NCBI GenBank assembly: GCA_038229595.1
Contig: JBBROH010000001.1
Span: 50,633 to 114,632 of the forward strand
DNA length: 64,000 bases
Direction: 5' to 3'
Source: Chloroflexia bacterium
GTDB taxonomy: Bacteria > Chloroflexota > Chloroflexia > QHBQ01
Part shown: in pieces, positions 26,822-35,668 of the stretch
Layout of the letters: each line of letters opens with the position of its first letter
How positions within the stretch are numbered: position 1 is the stretch's first letter
Program-made: the position numbers and the translations under genes
The notes under the pieces: model-generated
What the model saw: the letters and a program-made list of their open reading frames with translations, nothing else
Told to the model about the DNA's origin: nothing
The model's database searches: none

Positions 26822-29599
26822 TCAGGGCTGGCTTTCGATGGCGCGGCGCACAACCTTGCTCAGTTCACCGCGCTTGATGTTGTCGTTCGGGCGGAAGCAG
26901 AGGCCGCTAGCCCCCACACAGCTTGCCCCGTTGATGATGCTGTGGCTAGCCAGCGTCTCGATGGCGGCGTAGCCGAAGCTGCTGGCTGGCACGTCGCTGA
27001 AGGTCGCTACGGTCGGGGTGAACAGGGCGTAAGCGCGCACCCTTTGGCTAATCACCGCCACCTGCGCCCGCGTCACGTTCTGGTTGGGGCGGAAGCTGCC
27101 GTCGTTGAAGCCAGTGATCGCCCCCGCGTGTGCTGCTGCTTCCACGTACTGGTAGAACACGCTGCTGCTGGCTACGTCGTTGAAGGTGGGCGTGGTCGGG
27201 GTAAAGGCGGTGATGCCGAAGCCGAGGGCGGCTATCTTGGCGAATTGACCGCGGGTGCTGTTGCTGTTGGGGGCGAACAGGCCGCCATTGCCGCTGACTA
27301 CCCCGCGACAGGCGAGGAACTGGATGTCGCCGTAGAAGATGCTGGTGGTCGGCACGTCGCTGAAGCTGATCGTGCAGGCAGCAGCGGTGGCGGTTGGCGT
27401 GCTAGCAGCGGCGGTATTGGTCGCAGTGCTGGCGGCTGGCGCAGTAGCAGTTGGCGTAGTGGTGCTAGCAGCGGCGGTGTTGGTTGCGGTGGCAGCGGGC
27501 GCAGTGGTGTTGGTTGGGGCAACTGGCACGCTGGTGGCAGTGCTGGCCGCTGGACTGGCGGTGCTGGTTGGCACAGGGGTGGGTAGGCTGTCGTCGTAGA
27601 AGTGCCGCAAGCCAGTGTCGCCCGCCGCCCAACCTTCGTTGGCGTTGAGGAAGCTGAGGCTAGTGAGAGGGCCAAGGGCTGAATAGACCACTTGCCAGCT
27701 AATGCCATCGTAGTGCGCGATTGTGGCTGGCTCGAAGCTAAAGCTCTCGGTCGTTGCCCAGCCGTTGTTAGCTGAGAGCATCTTGAGGCTATCAACCCCA
27801 TCGAACGGCACGCTGACACTCGTCCAGGTGCTACCATCCCAGTGTAGCATCCGCCGGTGTAGGCCGCCGATCCATACGTCGTTGTCGCTAGCCGCACTAA
27901 TGGCAAAAGGAACAAAGCCGTTCTGGTTGAGGTTGACGCGCTGCCAGCTTGTGCCGTCGAAGTGGTAAAGCAACGGCACACGGGCTGACGAGTTGTACAA
28001 TCCCACCGCCCAGCCGCTAGTCGGGCTGGTGAAGCTGAGCGAACCCAATCTTCCCTCCAGCCCTGGCTCTATTAGTTGGATTGTCCAGCTACCGGCCTGG
28101 TAGCGAGCGTAAATGGGCTGCGGGTGGAATACATCGGTGTAGTATTCGCCGACCGCCCAGCCACTGTCCGCCCCGGTCATCTGCATGGCTTGGAGATGGT
28201 ATTGGCTGTCGAAGCCCTGGAGGGTGTCCGTCCAGGTAATACCGTCGTAGTGGCTGAAGCGGCCCACTGGCAGCTCGTAAGAGGTGTACTTCCAGCCGTC
28301 ATTGTTGGCGAAGAAGTCCAGCGTATCCGCACCTACGCCTGCGTCTAGCCAGCCAACCCCGTTGTAGTGGTACATCCGTGAGTAGCCGTTGAGCCAACCG
28401 TCGTTCGGGGCTAGCATCTTGACCTCTGAGCCTTTCGCACCCCAGGTAACCAGGTTGATACTGCTGCCAGTCCAGTGGTAGAGTAGCCCATCCGTCCCCG
28501 CCGCCCAGATGTCGTTGGCCGCCTCCCCGGAGATACTCTTGAGGCTGGCAACCACGTTAAAGGAGTTGCTGTTGTGGCGGAAACCAAAGCTGGTGCCGCT
28601 AGTTGTGGCCGCGTAATAGTCGTTGCTGGCAAGGGCAAAGATGCTGGTAACATCGCTGTCACCGCTGCCTGCCACTGGCTGCCAGCTTGTGCCGTCATAG
28701 TGTAGCACACTGTCGCCGCCGCTGTCGCTGCTGTTAGCGAGGCCGATCCAGCCCTCGTTCGCGTTCAGCATGGAGATGCTCCGCACCTGCACGTTGCTGT
28801 TGCCAAGCCGCACCGCTGTCCAGTTGTAGTCTTGGAAGTGGAAGGCATAGGGGAAGGAATCAAAGATGGTACTGGTATTGTTACTGGTATTGGTATTGGT
28901 ATTGGTGTTGGTAATTACCTCGGCGACCACCCAGAAGTCGAGCTGGCTGGTCGCGCTCATCTGCCTGACTTCCACAAAACCAGTCATGATGGCGGGGGTG
29001 GGTAGCACCTGCCAGTTTGGGCCGAACTTGGTAAGGAACATGGGGCGGGATGCGTCCCGCTCATCAATAGTACTGCCGAGTATCCAGCCCTCCCCCAGCC
29101 TGGTCATGTCCACGTCGAGCAGCTCGGTGGGTTGCGGTTGATTGGGAGCGGCGACCTGCTGCCAGGGACCACCATCAGAATGGATGATAGTGCTTTGACC
29201 AATGTGATCGCCGACGGCCCAAATGTCGTTGGTAGCATGGCTATCCACCGCCCTGAGGTTGTCATTAACTGGACTGGCGACCTCTTGCCAGCCGCCACCG
29301 CTGTAGTGACGGATGATGCCTCCGTCACCGACGGCCCAGCCATCGGTTGCCGAGCGCATCTTGACTGCCGTATAGTTGGGGTAGGGCTGGTGCCAGGTAG
29401 GGCCAGTCAAGGGTTGACTGCTACCGTTGGCAAGGGCGGCAACTGGCTGGTGGCTGGCAGTGGGGAGTGGGCTGGCAGCCTCGGCGGCGGCCAAAGTAGC
29501 ACTGAGGATGAGGACAAGAGCGAGGGTAGTCGCCAACAGGCGGCGCAGGGTGAAGGGCATTGATAGCATAAGGGTACGTCCTTTCAGGGTCGCTCTCAT
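26822..29599 (-). CDS. SLH-domain surface protein with a multi-blade beta-propeller-like repeat region
   Basis: Signal peptide. More than 10 repeats of the [YLF]H[YW]DG.sW..V type. T/A/P linker. Three C-terminal SLH domains (FSDVP..., FNDVA...TRAQVAV, FSDVP...). The start (29599 or 29569) is uncertain. Confidence 0.8.
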   Translation of the reverse strand: MRATLKGRTLMLSMPFTLRRLLATTLALVLILSATLAAAEAASPLPTASHQPVAALANGSSQPLTGPTWHQPYPNYTAVKMRSATDGWAVGDGGIIRHYSGGGWQEVASPVNDNLRAVDSHATNDIWAVGDHIGQSTIIHSDGGPWQQVAAPNQPQPTELLDVDMTRLGEGWILGSTIDERDASRPMFLTKFGPNWQVLPTPAIMTGFVEVRQMSATSQLDFWVVAEVITNTNTNTNTSNNTSTIFDSFPYAFHFQDYNWTAVRLGNSNVQVRSISMLNANEGWIGLANSSDSGGDSVLHYDGTSWQPVAGSGDSDVTSIFALASNDYYAATTSGTSFGFRHNSNSFNVVASLKSISGEAANDIWAAGTDGLLYHWTGSSINLVTWGAKGSEVKMLAPNDGWLNGYSRMYHYNGVGWLDAGVGADTLDFFANNDGWKYTSYELPVGRFSHYDGITWTDTLQGFDSQYHLQAMQMTGADSGWAVGEYYTDVFHPQPIYARYQAGSWTIQLIEPGLEGRLGSLSFTSPTSGWAVGLYNSSARVPLLYHFDGTSWQRVNLNQNGFVPFAISAASDNDVWIGGLHRRMLHWDGSTWTSVSVPFDGVDSLKMLSANNGWATTESFSFEPATIAHYDGISWQVVYSALGPLTSLSFLNANEGWAAGDTGLRHFYDDSLPTPVPTSTASPAASTATSVPVAPTNTTAPAATATNTAAASTTTPTATAPAASTATNTAAASTPTATAAACTISFSDVPTTSIFYGDIQFLACRGVVSGNGGLFAPNSNSTRGQFAKIAALGFGITAFTPTTPTFNDVASSSVFYQYVEAAAHAGAITGFNDGSFRPNQNVTRAQVAVISQRVRAYALFTPTVATFSDVPASSFGYAAIETLASHSIINGASCVGASGLCFRPNDNIKRGELSKVVRRAIESQP

Positions 29600-29670
29600 G
29601 GTTAGTGGGTGGGTAGCGATCCAACCATAGTTGTGGCTACGCCCTAATCTTAGCACCTAGGGGGGTCAGT

Positions 29671-29690
29671 TTTTGTTGGATTTTGTTGGA
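29671..29690. repeat. 10-nt direct repeat x2 upstream of the SLH gene
   Basis: TTTTGTTGGA occurs twice in tandem. It lies just downstream (minus sense) of a TATAAA box at 29692-29697. Confidence 0.8.
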
Positions 29691-29836
29691 TTTATACCGC
29701 GATTGCGATCCTGGTTGGCATAATTCGGGCGGCTGTTAACCAGGTGTTAACCCCATCGCCTTCTGATCTGCCAACAGATTAGGTATAATGGGGGTGAGTC
29801 AGCGATGGGGCTGGCTGCCACTTAGCGACTACGGCA

Positions 29837-30979
29837 ATGCAGCTATCTACCACTACCATGCACAAGGATGTGCCACTGATTGGAGGATTTACAGTGACAA
29901 CATCTGGCCTGATCGAAGAACAGGTGCGGGTTGATTATGAGCGCGCCCGCCGCAAGTCCTTCCTCACCGATCTCGGCAAGCTGCTGGGCAAGCAAGGCAG
30001 CGAACTGCTCTCCTTCGAGCAAGTCGTCCAGAGTCTTGGTACTACCAACCAGACCTATCGGGGCGCACAAACAGTGGATGTCGATCAGATCGTGGGCAGC
30101 GTAGACCGCTATGCCGACTTTGACCGCCGCTTCCTGCCCAACAACGCCGCCACCCGCGACCGCTGGAAAAGTATAGACCGCGCCTACTACGAGGATGCGA
30201 TCTTGCCCTCAGTGATCCTCTACAAGGTGGGCGAGGTTTACTTCGTCAAAGACGGCAACCACCGCATTTCAGTGGCGAAGGCGCGGGGCATCCAGTTTGT
30301 GGACGCGGAAGTAACCGAGGTGCGGAGCCGCATCCCCCTGACCGCCGACACCGACCCCCGCGAGATGCTCGCCCTGGCCGAGTACGGTCGCTTCCTGGAA
30401 CAGACCGACCTCGACCACCTGCGCCCAGAGCAGAACGTGCGCTTCAGCAAACTGGGCCGCTACGACATCCTGCTCGACCACATCCGCGTCCACCGCTACT
30501 TCTACCAGATCGACACTGGTACTTCGCTGGGCTGGCCCGAAGCGGTCACATCCTGGTACGACAACCTCTACTGCCCGGTAGCCGAAGCGAGCCGCCGTGA
30601 CCACATCCTGGAGGACTTCCCTGGCGCGACCGAGGCCGACCTCTACCTTTGGGTGATGGACTACTCCTACTACCTGGCGCGCGACGAGGGTAAGAAGCTC
30701 TCGCCTGCGGAGGCTGCGGCAGACTACAGCGCAGCGTTTGGCAAGCACGACGGCATCCACGCCCTGCTCAACCTGCCAGCCCGGATCAGCAGGGGGGCGC
30801 AGCAGGTCTTTGCGATCACAGGGCGGCTGTTGGAGCGGGCAATCTCCTCGGCCCCTGCAACCTATGAGGAGGGTATGACCATGCAGCCGCTGCCTGTCTT
30901 CATGCCAGAGGACGAACTGGAAGCCAATGTTGAGCGCGCCCGCGAAGTCACCGAGCGACATTTGGCAGTGGAGGCTTGA
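29837..30979 (+). CDS. ParB/Srx-fold (ParB N-terminal-like) domain protein
   Basis: The motif YFVKDGNHRISVAKARG matches the ParB/sulfiredoxin DGxHR..A pattern. GTG 29894 (7 nt after GGAGG) is a plausible true start. Confidence 0.6.
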   Translation: MQLSTTTMHKDVPLIGGFTVTTSGLIEEQVRVDYERARRKSFLTDLGKLLGKQGSELLSFEQVVQSLGTTNQTYRGAQTVDVDQIVGSVDRYADFDRRFLPNNAATRDRWKSIDRAYYEDAILPSVILYKVGEVYFVKDGNHRISVAKARGIQFVDAEVTEVRSRIPLTADTDPREMLALAEYGRFLEQTDLDHLRPEQNVRFSKLGRYDILLDHIRVHRYFYQIDTGTSLGWPEAVTSWYDNLYCPVAEASRRDHILEDFPGATEADLYLWVMDYSYYLARDEGKKLSPAEAAADYSAAFGKHDGIHALLNLPARISRGAQQVFAITGRLLERAISSAPATYEEGMTMQPLPVFMPEDELEANVERAREVTERHLAVEA

Positions 30980-31058
30980 GCGCGAGCTAGCAGCCCATCT
31001 TATCTACCCCAACCAGCATCCCTGCCAACTACTGGCGGGGATACTGTATAATAGGGTT

Positions 31059-31436
31059 ATGCACGATGACCGCTCTACCAATCTCTCGCCACCACCCGCC
31101 CGCCCTCTGTTTGCTGGGGTAGAGGAGGATGTGCCGTTGCCCGCGAATGGCGAACTGCTTACCCGCTGGTCGCTGATCGGGCTGACCTGCACCCTGCTGG
31201 CTGGCCCGGCTAGCGTGCTGATGCTGCTGATCCCGCCGCTACTTTTTGCCGCTCCGCTGATCGTCATCTGGCTGCTGGCGGGCTGCGCCATCGCGGTGAT
31301 CACCCTCAACCGCAGCAACGAAGCTAGCCGCCCGCAGCAGGTGCGCCTGGTCAGCGGGGTGGCGGCAGTGATCAGCGGCCTGATCCTGGTGCTAATGCTA
31401 GGCCTACTGGTCTGGTCACTGCTCAGTGTGCAGTAG
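31059..31436 (+). CDS. small membrane protein (probably leaderless)
   Basis: Three predicted TM segments. The ATG lies exactly 7 nt downstream of TATAAT (31047-31052). No RBS. Confidence 0.5.
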   Translation: MHDDRSTNLSPPPARPLFAGVEEDVPLPANGELLTRWSLIGLTCTLLAGPASVLMLLIPPLLFAAPLIVIWLLAGCAIAVITLNRSNEASRPQQVRLVSGVAAVISGLILVLMLGLLVWSLLSVQ

Positions 31437-31554
31437 AAGCAGTCTGCCAGCGGATTGGCACAGTGGCTAGTGCGAATTGAGGAACATCCCGCCGGGTTAG
31501 CTAACCAACCAGATGATGAGCAACAACTAATCAGCAGAGAGGAAGGTTCTTGCC

Positions 31555-31620
31555 ATGAACGATGACCGCCGCCCACTTGCCCCCCTTCCGCCCCATGACT
31601 TAAAACTAGAAGAAAGCTAA
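31555..31620 (+). CDS. candidate 21-aa upstream ORF coupled to the helicase gene
   Basis: GAGGAAGG RBS about 9 nt upstream. Product MNDDRRPLAPLPPHDLKLEES. The TAA is followed 1 nt later by the helicase ATG. Confidence 0.25.
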   Translation: MNDDRRPLAPLPPHDLKLEES

Positions 31621-31621
31621 T

Positions 31622-34063
31622 ATGAACCTCCCCCAACTCCTGACCATGCTGCGCGAGTCGCCGCAGATGCGCCCCTACATCACCGCCTGGCACGAAGTCC
31701 CCGCCCAGCCCGCTCGCACTGCTCCCTTCCCTACCACCCTCCACCCGCGCCTGGCCGAGGTGCTGCGGGCGAAGGGGATTGTCAACCTCTATACCCACCA
31801 GGCCCAGGCGTTGCAGGCGGCGCAGGCGGGCCAGCACCTGGCAGTCGTCACCCCCACTGCCAGCGGCAAGACGCTCTGCTACAACCTACCCGTGCTTGAC
31901 CGCATCCTGCGCGACGACAGCACCCGCGCCCTCTACCTGTTCCCAACGAAGGCTCTGGCCCAGGATCAGCTAGCAGGGCTGTACGACCTGATCACCGCGC
32001 TTGACCGCGATATCAAGACCTACACCTACGACGGTGACACCCCGCCCGACGCACGCCGCCTGATCCGCTCCGCCGGTCACATCGTGATCACCAACCCCGA
32101 TATGCTGCACACTGGCGTTCTTCCCCACCACACCAAGTGGGTGCGCCTGTTCGAGAACCTCAAGTACGTGGTGGTGGACGAACTGCACACCTACCGCGGC
32201 GTGTTCGGCAGCCACGTCGCCAACGTGCTACGACGGCTAGAACGCATCTGCGCCTTCTACGGCGCGACCCCACAGTACATCTGTTGCAGCGCGACGATAG
32301 CCAACCCCCGTCAACTGGCCGCCAATCTGATCGGCGTGCCAGAGGAGCGCATCCAACTGGTGGACGACAATGGCGCACCACGGGCGGCAAAGAGCTTCAT
32401 CATGTACAACCCGCCGCTGATCAACAAGCAACTGGGCCTGCGCCGCAGTAGCACGCTGGCCGCCAGCGAGATCGCCACCCAGTTTCTCGCCAATGATGTG
32501 CAGACGATAGTCTTCGCCCGCGCCCGGACGACGGTCGAAATCCTGCTCACCTACCTGCGGAATGCCGCGCAGGGACGACGGCCCGCCAATGCCATTCGCG
32601 GCTATCGCGGTGGCTACCTGCCGTTGGAGCGGCGCGAGATCGAGAGGGGCTTGCGTGATGGTGAGGTGCGCCTGGTGGTCAGCACCAACGCCCTTGAGTT
32701 GGGTATAGATATTGGCACCCTGGAAGCCTGTGTGATGGCGGGCTATCCTGGCACTGTCGCCAGCACGTGGCAGCAGGCGGGCCGGGCTGGGCGGCAGGTG
32801 GGCAGCAGCGTGGCGGTGCTGGTTGCGGGCAGCAGCACTCTGGATCAGTACATCGTCAACCATCCCGCCTACTTCTTCGGCCAGACGGCAGAGAACGGGT
32901 TGGTCAACCCCGACAACCTGCTGATCCAGATGGGCCACCTCAAGTGCGCCGCCTTCGAGCTACCCTTCGCTGAGGGCGAGCGGTTCGGGCCGAGCGATGT
33001 CAGCGAACACCTTGCCTACCTGGAGCAAGAGGGTATCCTGCACTACTCTGGGGGAACATACCACTGGATGGCCGAGAACTTCCCCGCCCAGGCAGTCAGC
33101 CTGCGTACGGCCTCTAACGACAACTTCCTGATCGTAGACGTGAGCGACCCAAGCCGCCCACGCACCATCGGTGAGGTTGACCGCTTCGCCGCGCCCACCA
33201 CGATCCACGAGGAGGCGATCTACCTGCACAACGCCCAGCCTTACCACGTGGACAAACTAGACTGGGACGAGCAGAAAGCCTACGTGCGGGCGGTCGAGGT
33301 AGACTACTACACCGACGCAAACCTGGCCGTTAGCCTCAAGGTGCTGGATGTTCTCAGCGCGCCCGATCAAGTGCTGGGCCGCAAGGCCGCCGCCGCCCCC
33401 CAGTCGGTGGCCGAGGCTGGCTGGCCGCTGCTAGTAGCGCGGCAGGCAAGAGAAGGCTACCGACCAGAGTTGGGCGCACTGCAAGAGGAGACCGCCACCT
33501 TGCCTGCTGCTGCGATGGGCGCGGGGAAGGATGTTGACCCCACCCTGCACGCAGCCCGTAATCATGGGGAGGTGATGGTCACGGCAATGGCGACGATCTA
33601 CAAGAAGATAAAGCTGCTGACCCATGAGAACCTGGGCTGGGGGCGAATCACGCTGCCAGAGCAGGAGATGCACACTACCGCCTACTGGCTGACGGTGCCA
33701 CCAGAAGTAGCGGCGGGGCTGGCGAAGGACGAGTTGCAGGCGGGGCTGATCGGCCTCGGCAACGTGCTGGCCGGGCTTGCGCCGCTCTACTTGATGTGCG
33801 ACCCACGCGACATCGGCTCGACGGTGCAGGTGCGCTCCCCCTTCACCCGCCGCCCAACCATCTTCATCTACGATAGCTACCCAGGGGGGATCGGCTTCAG
33901 CCAGAAGCTCTACGACTCGCACGCCGCTTTGCTGCAAGCAGCTAGCGAACTGGTGCGTGCCTGTGGTTGCGAGAGCGGCTGCCCCAGTTGCGTCGGCCCA
34001 GCGGCAGAAACAGGCGCGGATGCAAAGGCGGCCACCCTGCGTCTGCTGGCCGCCCTGCATTAG
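31622..34063 (+). CDS. DEAD/DEAH-box helicase with C-terminal DUF1998 (MrfA/YprA-like)
   Basis: Walker A TASGKT, DELH box, SATI, helicase C motifs. C-terminal 4-Cys cluster CGCESGCPSC. Confidence 0.9.
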   Translation: MNLPQLLTMLRESPQMRPYITAWHEVPAQPARTAPFPTTLHPRLAEVLRAKGIVNLYTHQAQALQAAQAGQHLAVVTPTASGKTLCYNLPVLDRILRDDSTRALYLFPTKALAQDQLAGLYDLITALDRDIKTYTYDGDTPPDARRLIRSAGHIVITNPDMLHTGVLPHHTKWVRLFENLKYVVVDELHTYRGVFGSHVANVLRRLERICAFYGATPQYICCSATIANPRQLAANLIGVPEERIQLVDDNGAPRAAKSFIMYNPPLINKQLGLRRSSTLAASEIATQFLANDVQTIVFARARTTVEILLTYLRNAAQGRRPANAIRGYRGGYLPLERREIERGLRDGEVRLVVSTNALELGIDIGTLEACVMAGYPGTVASTWQQAGRAGRQVGSSVAVLVAGSSTLDQYIVNHPAYFFGQTAENGLVNPDNLLIQMGHLKCAAFELPFAEGERFGPSDVSEHLAYLEQEGILHYSGGTYHWMAENFPAQAVSLRTASNDNFLIVDVSDPSRPRTIGEVDRFAAPTTIHEEAIYLHNAQPYHVDKLDWDEQKAYVRAVEVDYYTDANLAVSLKVLDVLSAPDQVLGRKAAAAPQSVAEAGWPLLVARQAREGYRPELGALQEETATLPAAAMGAGKDVDPTLHAARNHGEVMVTAMATIYKKIKLLTHENLGWGRITLPEQEMHTTAYWLTVPPEVAAGLAKDELQAGLIGLGNVLAGLAPLYLMCDPRDIGSTVQVRSPFTRRPTIFIYDSYPGGIGFSQKLYDSHAALLQAASELVRACGCESGCPSCVGPAAETGADAKAATLRLLAALH

Positions 34064-34168
34064 GTGGTTTACAAAGCAGCCAGCTTGTGCTATACTCCGT
34101 TGCAGTCCACTGGTAAAACTTAGTGGTAGTCCCCCCACTTCCTTCAAGAAAAGGTTGAGTAAAGCAGT

Positions 34169-35668
34169 ATGAGACCGCTAACCCCCTCAACTCGTCCTCG
34201 TCTTTTTGCCGCCGAGCAGTACGAACCAGACCTGCTGGCCCGCCGTAAGCGGTTTGGCACCATCGTGCTGGGTTTCTCCATCTTTGTCAGTCTGATCTCC
34301 CTGTTTACTTCGCTCACCTTGTCCAAACCCAACCTGGTCCTCAGTGCTATGGCGGCTCTGGCCGTCGCTGTTGGTGTCATCCTCTTGGTTGCTTTGGGTC
34401 GTGGCTACGTCAATGTGGTGAACTCGATCACTACGGTCTTTGCCACCCTGACGTTGATCAGTAGCGCGCACTTTGCCGATGGCATCTACGGCTCTACGGC
34501 CTCCCTACTGCTGGTTACGCTGGCTTACACCCCCTTCCTTGTTCCTCGCCCAGTCTTTGTAGCCAACCTGATCTCTACCCTGGTTGGCACTACCATCGTC
34601 CTAACTTACGAGTTGAACGGCAACCCACCCGTGCTTGCCCTCGACCCGAAGTCGCTCTCTTTCTCCTACGCCCTATCAACCGTGATATTGGCAGCGATCA
34701 TGTACTACTTCAGTGCGGGTTTGAACAGTGCAGTACGGCGGCTAACGGCGCAGAGTGCCGACCTCAGCCGGGCGAACCAGGAGCTAACCCACCAGCAGCA
34801 GGTCCGCCAGCTTGCCGCCGAGCAGGTCTCTACCGCTGCAAACCATATGGCTGCCTTTACTGGTGAGCAGACAGTGCGGGTGCGCGATGCCGTTAGTGCC
34901 TTCAACCAGACGCAGGCCAGCGCAGAGGAGTTGAGTCGCATCTCCCAGCAGATCGCTGCGGTCGCCGCCCAGGTGCGTGGGGCTGCGGCTAGCACTTTGC
35001 AGCAGTCGCGCAGCACCCAGGAGCAGGTAGCCGACGGCATCGGCGAGATCGCCCTGGTACTCGGCCAGGTCAACGTGATTGCCAGCACCGTCAGCACCCT
35101 GGAGGAGAGTTCGCGGGGTATAGGGCTGGTGGTCACCTCGATCCAGGAGATCGCCGACGAAGTGCGCTTGCTAGCCCTCAACGCTGCCATCGAAGCAGCG
35201 GGGGCGGGCAGCTATGGCCGCCGCTTTGGGGTGATCGCCAATGAGGTCAGCAGCCTGTCCGACTCGGCAGAGCAGCAGACGCGGATAGTCAGCCAGCAGT
35301 TGCAGCAGTTGCAAGCAGCGATCCAGGCGGTGGCTGGGGCTAGCAAGCAGGGTATCGCGCTCGCGGGGCGCAGCGAACACTACCTGCGGAGCATAGGCCA
35401 GGCCGCCGCCCAGATCAACGACCTGAGCGACCAGACCGACCGCCTCGCCGACTCGATCTCGCAGACGACCGGCCAGCAGCGGCTAGCCAGCCAGGAGGTG
35501 GTTGAGCAGATGCGTACTCTCGTGCGGCTAGCCCAGTCGGAGGCAGATAGCGCGACGGTGGGCGCAGAAGCCGCCAGCAACCTGCGCCTGGTTGCCAGCG
35601 GCCTTGCAGACAGCCGGGACTACGCGGCTCCCTCGCTGGTTGGGCCGAAGGTGAGCAAGCCGTCGTAG
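34169..35668 (+). CDS. methyl-accepting chemotaxis protein (multi-TM N-terminus)
   Basis: Core motif EVRLLALNAAIEAAGAGSYGRRFGVIANEVSSLS. Same architecture as the gene at 12074-13528. Confidence 0.85.
   Translation: MRPLTPSTRPRLFAAEQYEPDLLARRKRFGTIVLGFSIFVSLISLFTSLTLSKPNLVLSAMAALAVAVGVILLVALGRGYVNVVNSITTVFATLTLISSAHFADGIYGSTASLLLVTLAYTPFLVPRPVFVANLISTLVGTTIVLTYELNGNPPVLALDPKSLSFSYALSTVILAAIMYYFSAGLNSAVRRLTAQSADLSRANQELTHQQQVRQLAAEQVSTAANHMAAFTGEQTVRVRDAVSAFNQTQASAEELSRISQQIAAVAAQVRGAAASTLQQSRSTQEQVADGIGEIALVLGQVNVIASTVSTLEESSRGIGLVVTSIQEIADEVRLLALNAAIEAAGAGSYGRRFGVIANEVSSLSDSAEQQTRIVSQQLQQLQAAIQAVAGASKQGIALAGRSEHYLRSIGQAAAQINDLSDQTDRLADSISQTTGQQRLASQEVVEQMRTLVRLAQSEADSATVGAEAASNLRLVASGLADSRDYAAPSLVGPKVSKPS

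Noticed and set aside
31622-34063. DUF1998 helicase as part of an anti-phage system (Druantia-like)
   Set aside because: Its size and motifs fit the housekeeping MrfA/YprA type. No large partner genes or other defence genes are adjacent.
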